Source: Pocillopora damicornis | Lineage: Eukaryota | NCBI RefSeq assembly: GCF_003704095.1 | Contig: NW_020845457.1 | Span: forward strand, 62,001-126,000 | DNA: 64,000 nt | Direction: 5' to 3' | The notes under the pieces: model-generated | The model's input: the letters and a program-made list of their open reading frames with translations, nothing else | What the model was told of the DNA's origin: nothing | The model's database searches: none | Shown here: one piece after another, positions 1 to 11,018 of the stretch | Layout: every line of letters starts with the position of its first letter | Numbering within the stretch: position 1 is the stretch's first letter | Made by a program: the position numbers and the translations under genes

Positions 1-359
1 TAATGATTGCCAAAAAGGTTTGCGGCAAGAGCTCATGAATTCTGAATCAGTTATGAGAGTGTACACAATTTACGATTATGTTTCTGATTCAGAAATACGA
101 ACATCGACAGTCTTCTACAACAAATTTGATGTAATAATGAGTTTGACGTAAATCCTCATCAATCGATATATAACACGATCCATTTCTCATTGGATGAAGC
201 GTCAAGATAAACCCGGTTGATTGTCTTAGTGGACGACAGAGACAGCATAAGTATAGTCTTCTCCAACACAAAGTTCCAGATAAACAAGAGTTAACGAAGA
301 GCATTATAATTTCTGTTGGCTGAAAAAAGTTCAATCATCAAGCAAAGGAAGCTTTAAAG

Positions 360-1343
360 ATGGAGAACACAACTCATCTGGACGAAAAGGCATCGAACAA
401 CACATCATTTCGTTCCATGAATGAAGTTTTCATCTTCATGTCTCTTTATGTCGTGCTCTCTTTGATGACCATCACTGGAAACACTTTTGTTATTGTCGCC
501 TTCAAGAAGATTCGAATTCGAGCTGCCATAAATATGTTCTTTGTCAGCCTGGCTGTGTCAGATTTGATGGTTGGGGCAGTTTCAATTCCACTGTGGATCT
601 ACCATCTGTCCTGTCCCTCTTTCAAAAGATGCCGTCTACCAAGTGCCACTGTAGGAGCCTTTTTTCAAGCATTCGACGTGTTTAGCGCGATGGCTTCCAC
701 ATCAAACCTCATAGCCATAAGTATCGAGCGATACTTTGCTATCTGTTGGCCCGTTAAGCACCGAGTGAGCTCCCACAAGCGTTACTACAAAATGCTGTTC
801 ACCACTTGGATCTACTCCGTGCTAGTCACAAGCATTTACTCAGTCGATTTCAGCCCAACATGGCAAAAATATCGTGGCTTACTGGTATTTGTGGCAGGCT
901 TCGCTGTCCCTCTCATTGTCCTCATTGGCATGTACAGTAGTATCCACTGGGGTGTCAAGAACATGAATGCAAACTGGAAACGAGCAAACGCCGAGACATC
1001 GGTCCTTTCTAAAAGGCTTCAACAAGAAAGGCGAACAGTCACGACGATGGTCATCGTGACTGCGTTGTTCTTAGCCTCCTGGCTTCCCTTTTTTGTGGTA
1101 TCCCTGCTTTGGATTTTTCAACGTTCGAGTCTTCTTGGCGGTGGAGGAGGAAAAGGATTCATGCGGCTTATGGACTTCATAAAATGGATGCATTACAGCA
1201 ACAGTGCAGTGAACCCGCTTGTGTACGCCTATCGTAGCGAGGAGATGAGAAGAATTTTGGTAAAATTGCCTGAAAGGGCTCTTGGAATGGAGCTTGAGAG
1301 GCGTCGGGCAATTCGACCAGAAAATAGGAACAAGTGGCTTTAA
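360..1343 (+). CDS. Intronless class A (rhodopsin-like) GPCR, aminergic-like orphan, 327 aa
   Basis: Seven hydrophobic segments; GN (TM1), SLAVSD (TM2), ERY (TM3), SWLP (TM6), NSAVNPLVY (TM7); Asp3.32, Trp7.40 and Tyr7.43 present. Confidence 0.93.
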   Translation: MENTTHLDEKASNNTSFRSMNEVFIFMSLYVVLSLMTITGNTFVIVAFKKIRIRAAINMFFVSLAVSDLMVGAVSIPLWIYHLSCPSFKRCRLPSATVGAFFQAFDVFSAMASTSNLIAISIERYFAICWPVKHRVSSHKRYYKMLFTTWIYSVLVTSIYSVDFSPTWQKYRGLLVFVAGFAVPLIVLIGMYSSIHWGVKNMNANWKRANAETSVLSKRLQQERRTVTTMVIVTALFLASWLPFFVVSLLWIFQRSSLLGGGGGKGFMRLMDFIKWMHYSNSAVNPLVYAYRSEEMRRILVKLPERALGMELERRRAIRPENRNKWL

Positions 1344-4300
1344 AAAACTTGGCTGTTTTTCGACCAAAGTTAAGTGAACTTTGTGCCTTGTGTACTTTTT
1401 TCCTTAAAAATATAGTCCACAGGTTGGAAATAGAGAACATTAATAATCATGCGAACTGGTGCGCACAAACAGCTTGCACGGATATCAGGGGTACATAAGT
1501 CAAGAAGACGATGGTGGAAATTTTGGTAACTTATGAAACTTCTCCTCTTTTCAGCGCTTGACTCTCGATCAGTTCTATCTCTTTGCTACTTTGGTAGGGT
1601 TTTCTTGTTCTAATTTTTCGCTTTTAAAAGCAGCATACACTTTTTTTTTCGGCCAGGGTGAACAAATAGATGTTACAACGATTAACCCCCAAAAAACCTA
1701 AACTCAAATTGTGAGAAGCTATATTGCTGTTGGGTGCGTTTAGAAATCTTAAAATAACGTCGACAATTTTTTTCCCCAATTAGTAAAGTTGCAAAACACC
1801 CAACTGGCTACGGCTCGATAGGAATACCTGGAATTAGTACTAGCTTTCTATTTCGTGTAACGGACATAGTTGACGTAAAGAAAAAAGAATAAAAGCAGGG
1901 AACAAAGCTTATCCTTGTGTGCTGATGATGATTTAATCAATGGAAAGACAGGTGGTAAATTATCCGGTATCAGAACTTTCTCTCTACTATTGACATCCTT
2001 ATAATTATAAAACAAAGAAAAGATTGAGAATTGTTAAGTTCTGATCTTTGATGGACAGATCAATATGTAACATTTAAAAGGACATTTTTATAATTAAGGC
2101 ATCATTTACTCCACTATGAGTAACTTCAAATTAAGTCAAGTTTTTTTAATGATCGACCCAGAGAAAAATATTGCCAAGTTTCAGTCTAAAGTGGTTTGTG
2201 AGAGTCTCTATTCAGTTCTCTTTTTAAAAGTTTATTTATATATGAAGTTGTGTCTGAAAAGCGCGTAATTTATTATTCGGAATCATTTCCCACTTTTATT
2301 TCATCTTAAAAGTTCTTTGCGCCCACTCACCTCATCCAGAATCTAGATGAAAGTTGGTCTCTATTTCTGGGACGACTTATGTCCTTTTTCGAGTACAAAA
2401 TTGATTTCTACTCCCTAGAAAAGCTTCCACCGCAAAGCATGTGCAATACCTAGACAGTTTGATTGGAAAATGAAAAGCAACAACTAATTACCAAATAAGG
2501 GAATAAACGAGAACTCTATTCTCTTTCCTTGTGCCAAGGAAATGTTTTTCAGTCAAATCTGATCACCAGGGCACACTTTTTTCTGCATTTACCATCATCT
2601 GAAAAAGGAAAGCTGCTTAAAAGAGGGGACGATGGTTATATATGACCAGAATAAAGAGGAAAACGTTACAGGTTCAGTTAAAACCTTTTCGAAAACTAGC
2701 GTTTTCGACGGAATAGCGTTAGGAAAGTTAAGCTATACGTGTTGGAAGTACGGGTCGATTTAGCGTTCCGGAGGGTTGCTAAAAGTGTCAGCAGGGCTTA
2801 AAAAAGTAAGGATTGCACATTTGAGAGTTCAAGAGACTCAGGGATAACAATAGACACACTTAAGAAATCTTTCCTTTCCTGTTCTCGTATTTAGTTTGGT
2901 TTTTGTGCTGTTTCTATGATGTACTGATTATAGCTTGCGCCGCATGAACAATTGCGTACTAGCAGGAGTTCATCTGATTGACGTCCGCTCGCTGTAAAGG
3001 CAAAATCGCCTGAAAACACTTTCGAATCAATCAATTCGTGTTACACCCTCAGAGATGATGCAAAACGATTTGACATTTTCAGTATGAATTTTTCGGAAAT
3101 GTCTATAAAAAAGTGACACTTGTTTATTTTACCTACAGTTACTGAATCAGGTGACAAATGACCAAAATTTAGTTTGCTTCAGATTTACTTTGAAAATCTC
3201 CATCTTGTATGAGTTTTCATCTGTTTTATACTAAGTAGCGACTTTTTCCAGAGAAATTATAGAACGTTTTAACATTGTTACGCTACTACAAAGGCCTTGT
3301 TTTGATGCAATGCTGTCAAGAGTTTGTTTGACCATATTTCCTATGCGCTCAAACAGCGTCACCTTTTCATTAGAACTTCGCTTTTCTTGTCATTAGAACT
3401 GAGTTCAGTGAACATTTAAAAGAGTGCTTCTATTCACCCATTACAAGGTCAGAATGCTACAGTTGGTGCAAAATGTCACTCGTAAATCGAAAGATGGAAA
3501 AAAATCCTTCAATGAAGTGCACTCGCACACCTATCTTGTTGGTTCAGCCTTTTACTGTTAAAAAAAAAAATATTAAAATTCGTAACAGTTGTAAACATGT
3601 CATTCCTAGACAACAATCATCCAAACTGGAGACAATTCATCGATACATTCAGAAGTGACGTTTTTTATTCGCTAACCGTGATTTTGTAGTTAAAAGTGTG
3701 GGCACTTCTGTGCATTGTGAGGCGAGCACTTAAGATTTCTTAACTGCATGCTTTTTCTCAAGATTTTATTCAAGCTTATGAATAAATAAAAAGTGCATAA
3801 TATGCTTTTCGTGTTAAATGATTTTCAGCAATGTTGAAATAGGAAAGTAAACGCCGCAAGGTTATATGTATTTATGTCCAAAGAAAACATTGAGAATTCT
3901 TCTTTTTATTTCAATGAATGAAATTCGAATTATTCTGCCGCTCTTAAGGAAAATATGATTCATTAAGAGATATGCCAGTTATAACTAAAGGGACTAAGAC
4001 TAAACACAGGTAGCCAGACGCCACTGTCTAGTAGCAAAATTCTCTGTGGATTACATAAATCTTTAAATCAACAAAAAAAAAATTTTTGGCAAATGATCGT
4101 TCATTTTTTCCTGCATGTGCGTCTGTGGGGAGTGAAAAGATGGATAGGCCAATCACATTGGCCGTAAAGGTTTTTAATTATAAATGGACTCGCCATGATT
4201 TTGAACTCAATTTAAGCCGCAGTTCCGAAGGTTTTCCATGGGTTAGCTATCAGATAACCTGCTAGGACAACAATAGGAATCGGAGTTGTAAGTAATGCCA

Positions 4301-4800
4301 TCTAAGTTCTTCAACCTCCAGATCATAGTTTTGTTGAAGCAGACGTTGCTATAAGAGCGGCAGTTTGAACAACATCAATAACTGTATTGGTGCACCTATA
4401 TATTTTTTTTTCATCCCAAAGGTCTTGTAACAACCAAGGGGTCGTTCGACGATCGACGAAAGGAAGAACCTAGGTAAAGGTAAAATCTAGCCACGTAGAA
4501 TTGTTCCACATAGAAATTTAGTAACCCAGAACTGAAGTGTGCCACTAAAGATAATTATATACACGAATGCGTGGGTGATGTAACAAATTTAACTTTAAGC
4601 AAGAGAACATATAGCAGGAAAATTAGTTTTTCATGTAACCTCCGGCTTGATGCGCGATAGAAAATGTAGAATGGCAAGAAAAGATGCAAACAATTTAAAC
4701 ATTACCTTTATCTAGGCCAGAACCAACATTTGGAAGTTACGAAACACTCAATGTTTGGGTCACTTTCGCATTTAAGCTCCCCCCCCCCCAACTTACATTG

Positions 4801-4810
4801 NNNNNNNNNN
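4801..4810. other. Assembly gap (10 N)
   Basis: Run of N. Confidence 1.
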
Positions 4811-7063
4811 ATGAGCAAAACGATTGAAATAGGAATCGATCCGGGATTTCTTTTATTTTTATTTTTTACCATTATCTAGGGTCGCGGTCCCCTAAAGACT
4901 CTTACATAATCGTACTTTACAAGAAAATTATCTTGGAAAATCCCATATAAGATACTCAAATATGGTTTTTTCCATGTACGTTTAAGAATAATTCATGAAG
5001 ACTGTTTTCATGATACTACTGGCTTTCATGTAGTTAAAATACCCGCTGTGTCGCCACGATTCGTGCGCTTTTTTTGCCCGAGACAAACTCATAAACTAAA
5101 CAAGTCCTGTACTTCATAGGATTCAGAGGAAATGCTGATAAAAAGCGAAGAAATTTTCAGATGGGCGGTTTTTCAAAGTTAAAAGTTTTAGATCAGTATC
5201 TCAGGAAATTAGTTTAGATACCGGCAAGGCCAAATTCAGATTCCTTTATTGATTTGATAAATGAACTATTTCTCTTTCGAAAACTCGAAATTATCGGCTC
5301 CCTGAAATTTAGAAACCTATTATGATAAGCGTTTGCTTTTTCATGTGCTCGCCCGTGATTATTATTTCACAATCATGTGCTCCATACAAATTTCCTAACT
5401 GGCAGTAGCTACACAATAAAATAAATTCATTTCCTGCTTATTTTCCAATACAAACGGACATGAAGATATGAAAGGAAACTAATACAATATCATCCTCTGA
5501 CCCTTTTGTGAGTTTTAAAACTTAATTTCTGTCTAGGTCTTTAAATTTAAGAAAAGTATCTACAATTGATTATTTCTTTCTTCGTGTGTGGTTTTCACTG
5601 ACACCTCTAAAGGCATGACGTAGCTCTCAACTGTCAATGAATCACAAACATTTGGGGTTTTGGGGAAAATAAGATTTAATGAGACGATTGGCAAAAGAAA
5701 AAAAAGAAAAAACAATCTTGAGGAAGTCACTGCATCTTTCATTTTACCTCAGTGTGTACAATTTGCTATTCACTATTCATTTTTTGAAATTCTTTTGGAA
5801 TTGGCTATTTCAATCGAGAAGATCCCTCAAAATTCAATTTTTTTGTGAGCAAAATAACTCTTCGCAAAATAGAAACCAGAGATAGCACTTAGGAGGACCG
5901 TGGAGGACAAGTGATTTTTTGGCACCTGGAATGTCGATTTAAACAAACTTAGACCACTTATGCGAATCTATAAGTTGCTTGTGACGTCATAATAAGGAAC
6001 TAGGCATTAACTTCCTCTCGTAAAGTTGTTGCCAATATTCACTTTATAAAAACTGACAAACCCTCAGTTGTCATTGAAATATGCAAAAAAAAAAAAGAAA
6101 GAAAAGAACAAAAAATTTCTTGTGACATTCATAAGTTGTAGTTCACTGTTTCCCAACCTCACGGCATGGGTAGCTTTTCGCTCCACCAAATGAGAATATC
6201 ATTTGATGAATCAATTTCACCTTGGAATATGTTGGAGAAACGTGAGTAGTTTCTAGTGAGAAGTGAAGAAAAAAATGAGCGCACAAAATGTATGGAAATG
6301 CAAAGAACTTCGAGATCCCTATAGTTTTCAGGTTTGTCATTCGCAATCGGTTTTCTTCATGATGAGCCCTCTTCATTCTTTTTCTTTTTCCGATTCAGTT
6401 TTGTAAATCTAGAGTACTATTATTTCATGTTTTCCCTTTACGATGGAGGTATCATATCCTTCGTCATAATTGACAAATCATTTGGATGAAACTTTTCTAA
6501 GAGGTCAAAAACGTTTGGTGATTACATGTTTATAAAAATACTGCTGATTGTTGACAAAAAGTGAATACCCTTAAAACTTTATTTCCTTCCTAAATGTATA
6601 GCTTGACATTTCTTGACAAATTCGCAACGCTTTATTACAACAGTATTCTGCCATTAAAAAAACCCAAAAAACTGCGCTCTACGGGGCTAAAGGATCACAT
6701 CATGACATTATAATGAACAAAGATTGTAAGTTTACCTCTGTAAGCAATAAATTCTTATCTCTTCGATTATGCCAAAAAAGCCCCTTCATAGAGAAAATCG
6801 TAAAGGATCTTAAAATTGATTAAAGGTATTAGTGTATTTGTCTAAGATATAAGATAAGAGAAGATAAAAGAAAAATCGTTTCTTTCATTGGTTTACACGG
6901 GGATATATTGTCTCTTTCAATGTGATGAGTGCAGCATCTTGAGGTGAATGCCCCATGTCAAATTGTGAGCTTTAAAGTACAGTTTAAATTAATGGAGGCG
7001 GATAGAAATATTCGTTAATTAAAAGACAGGGTAGACACATTTCCTAGTTTTCCGGTAAAAGCC

Positions 7064-7163
7064 NNNNNNNNNNNNNNNNNNNNNNNNNNNNNNNNNNNNN
7101 NNNNNNNNNNNNNNNNNNNNNNNNNNNNNNNNNNNNNNNNNNNNNNNNNNNNNNNNNNNNNNN
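7064..7163. other. Assembly gap (100 N)
   Basis: Run of N just upstream of the second GPCR. Confidence 1.
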
Positions 7164-7209
7164 TTCAGATTTTGGCCATTTCTAAGGGAAGCCAAAACGA
7201 AATTTTCCA

Positions 7210-8304
7210 ATGGAGGATTTTGTTTCTGAGAACTCTACCTCTCTCAAAGGAATATCGAATGAAACAAGTGGAACTTCACAGAAATCTTTTTCCAGACGCT
7301 CAGAACAAGAGACATTCGCTTTTGTTGTTATATATGTGACTCTAGCGTTGCTTGTGATTCTGGGTAACTCTCTCATCATAGCCGTATTCACTAGAAACAG
7401 AAAGCTACGAACAGCAACCAATCTCTTTTTCGTGAGTTTGGCAGTTTCAGATCTTTTTGTTGGAACCTTCTCTATTCCTAGTTGGATATACATTTTGCTG
7501 TATGATTTGAACCATTTAGCGCGTAGCACTTTCAACCTGTCTTTCCACGCAGTGTACACTTTCGTAGACATTTCAAGTGCTCTAGTCTCCATTGCACATC
7601 TTACAGCGATAAGCATCGAACGGAACTTCTCCATTTCAAGGCCACTAAAACACCGAGCTATGGCACGTGTGTACTATCACGTTGCTATTGCCGCAACATG
7701 GTTGTATGGCCTTGCCATTACGTACATCTTCGTGAGCGATTTCAAGGCCGTACCCTGGCAGAAATACAGAGTTCTACTTATTACCATCGGAGGCTTTGTT
7801 CTCCCCCTTTTTGTCATAATCTGCATGTACGCCGACATTTACAAGAGCGTCAAACTGTTTAATATTCGCCGAAGGTCATATTCCACCAATTCGCTTCAAA
7901 GAAAAGTTTTCCGGGAAAAGGCAACCGCAAAAACTGTGATAATTATCACGAGCGTTTTCGTAGTGTCATGGCTCCCATTTTATACACTTTCAATGTTATT
8001 TAAATTTTGTCCAAAAGTAGTCCCGCAGGGAGTCAGCCTGTTTCACTTGTTAGATTTTGTAAAGTTTCTCCATTACAGTAACAGCGCTATGAATCCTGTT
8101 GTGTACACTTATCGTATTCGGGAAGTGAGAACCACACTGCTTAAGTTTGTTGCTCCGTGTTTAGCACAAGCTCCTATCCCAAAAGCGCCAGCTATGCCGA
8201 TAGCACCTCAAAGGCAACTTGTTGCTCGTGTCCACGGGACTTCACGTCATTCCGTGTCGCGAGCGCGAGTGAGACCAAAACTCAGTGCTGTGAACTCAGT
8301 ATGA
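7210..8304 (+). CDS. Intronless class A GPCR, tandem paralogue of 360..1343, 364 aa
   Basis: GNSL, SLAVSD, ERN, SWLP, NSAMNPVVY; shares WQKYRxLL and DFxKxxHYSNSAxNP with the first GPCR. Confidence 0.93.
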   Translation: MEDFVSENSTSLKGISNETSGTSQKSFSRRSEQETFAFVVIYVTLALLVILGNSLIIAVFTRNRKLRTATNLFFVSLAVSDLFVGTFSIPSWIYILLYDLNHLARSTFNLSFHAVYTFVDISSALVSIAHLTAISIERNFSISRPLKHRAMARVYYHVAIAATWLYGLAITYIFVSDFKAVPWQKYRVLLITIGGFVLPLFVIICMYADIYKSVKLFNIRRRSYSTNSLQRKVFREKATAKTVIIITSVFVVSWLPFYTLSMLFKFCPKVVPQGVSLFHLLDFVKFLHYSNSAMNPVVYTYRIREVRTTLLKFVAPCLAQAPIPKAPAMPIAPQRQLVARVHGTSRHSVSRARVRPKLSAVNSV

Positions 8305-9727
8305 TTAAGCTTGACCTCAGAATTTTTATGACGCTTTTTCTCTTTCATATTCGTCCCAAATTGCAATTTAAACAAGGAGTAAATGTTATTGACGCACATA
8401 GTGACAGTAACTGGATTTACGGACTTAAGTGTGACTGTTGGTTTATATTTGTATTGTATATCCCATGCGGTCGTGCCGAGCATGATTATCTAATGATCTG
8501 GGGCTCTTTCATCAAATACAAAGTTACTTTTCTGATGCACTGAGCTTTGTATTAAAACGAGCTGTGATGTAGGGTGGAGGATCTCTTAGATGAGGAGCCA
8601 TTCCTTGAAGTGAATTTCTGTTCGTTGATTCGTTATGCCTCACGTGTTTTCAACTCTTTTACTCCCTAGAGTGATAGATTTATAAAGTGATCATTAATTG
8701 GAATATTTAAAATATAAGTGCACTGCTATAGAAACAGATAAAAACAGTTAAGACAACAGAAACCAATGTAAATAATCTTGACACAACATCAAATTCGCAG
8801 GGGAGGAATAAGTAGCCGAGAAATCTGACTTTTCATCGTATAATCAAGTCGTGCTTACTGTCTTACATTGAATGATCAGTTGATGCTGTATATACTCACT
8901 GAGGTTTAAGTTTCGAAGATCAATCTTGTAACAAGAGTTTTGTATTGATTATATCACTTATAATACTTCTATTAATCATAATAATAATTATAAATATGCA
9001 TATATATGTATTTCAGAAACTTATTGTATACAGTTGTACTTTTACCTAATATTGGATGTCCTAACTGTAACACGTTAACAAATCACGCTTTTGCCATATA
9101 ATGTTTAGAATTTAAATGCATTAATTGTTACGTTGAGCTACAGATAGGCTTTGCGATGGGGATGAAAAACAAGTCCTAGTGGCTGAGTGTACATGGTACT
9201 TAAATTAATGTCTTCAGGTATATGAGGACATCAACTGAAATAAAAAAATAAAAAAAAAGAACCTTCCGTTCGTCTTTTCCATTTGATAATTGGAAAGAAG
9301 GATAAGCTGAAGACAAAGACTTCTTCGAAATCCGTCATTACAGCGAACAGCGTTTTCTCCCAGTTTAGTATTATATTTTGTTCTTCGTCAAACGGTGGCA
9401 CTGCAATTGTTGTGTCCTCAGGCGGTTAGCAGTGCAAACGTCCACGATGTTAGCTTGTGTGATCCAAAGACATGCCATTCAACATCAAAATGAACTCTCG
9501 TGATATAAGACGGTTTCTTTTTTTTTGTTAGTAAGGATTCTGAGTTTCAGAAGATTGCTGGCATGACAAACGGGTTTTTCTCAGAACTAAATGGTTCAAA
9601 TCAACTACTCTCTCTAAATAATGTAACTTTCTGAGAGACGGTCATCGCAAAAATGCCGCTTTTATATTTTTGTTATGCTGAGTTTTAACCTTGTGAAACT
9701 GAATCTACCAGATCATAAAATTGCCAA

Positions 9728-9820
9728 TAGTCACGTACTCAGACTTTCCAAGGCCACGCGGTTGTAAGGCTTCTACATACAGTTGCAGTTACACGGAAGG
9801 ATCTGGGTACAAGATTATTC
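9728..9820. mobile_element. Short MITE-like element, copy 1
   Basis: Near-identical to 11887..11980; imperfect terminal inverted repeats TAGTCACGTACTCAGA / TCTGGGTACAAGATTA. Confidence 0.65.
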
Positions 9821-11018
9821 TGGAACATTCGGGTGGTCCCCACTTACAAGAAATTAAATAATATAATAATATTACAGTGGGAGCCTGTCATTTATGACCT
9901 TCAATGACTTGATCACGGATCTTGTGATGAACCTTTTATTTATTTTTTTTTTCAAATCAAGCGTGGTCGGTGCTCAGTTCAAAAAGCTTGCACCGAAATT
10001 ATTTGTATTGTTTTTATAGTTTCAGCAGCTGATAGGCAGTCTCCCCAGGTCACCTGCAATATACCACTTCAGTGGGAAACTGGTACCGGTCGCGCGCCAA
10101 AAGGCCAGCTGATCCTCGAAAGGAAATTAATCGAGCTACTTTTCCGATGATCAAAATGGACTGGAAAAATGGCGCCTTCAACTGAAATTTATGGAGTAGG
10201 TGTTTCCGGGAAAACCACTTACAAAGGTAACTTGGTGCTCGAAAAATATTATCAGGAGAGATTTATGAAGAATATCTTTATTTCCCTATCAAAGGCACAG
10301 CAACATCGAATCAGTTTGTACCACAACGGTGAGATGATAAAGGACATGCTGTGATATTTTTATCGAGTTGTCATCAGTAAATGTATTATAATTTTCTTTT
10401 AAGGAGTGCGAAATTCGCGTAATCATCGCACAGTAAAAACTATATTTGCTCTCCGAGCGAACAGACCTGTCTATTTCATGGATACGAGTCATGCTGCTTT
10501 CAAGATAATTGAATGGCAAACAAATTCTTGACAAAGGAATATCAAAAGCTGAAATTACCTGTTGCAGAAATTGAAAGTATGTCAGTCAATAGAAATCTGG
10601 TCTTTTATGCCGTGTGTGAGACGGAAAGTAAAATGTGTAGTTTTTTCAACTAGATTAGGTACATGCGTAGTGGGCATGAACGCAATAATCGATGTTTCTC
10701 ACTGCATGTGTGGGTCGGACCAGCTGTTTATTCTGCGAAGAATACACATTTACCTTGGAGCAATCGACTCACGACTGAGCCTTTTTTCCATTTTGAATGA
10801 TACTAATGAATGATACTAGCAAATTTCAATGATACTTTCAAATTATACAAACCTGGCTACTTAAAGAACCTTGTTATTACTAAAAGACAAGTTCACCAGT
10901 TATGGCGTATGACACTCCTGTCAAATAATTTCTTTTCTTCACAGGTTCTCGACATGTTGTCCAAAACTGTGGAGCATGTGAATTAAATCTTTAAAAAACT
11001 CATGACGGAGATCTCTGG

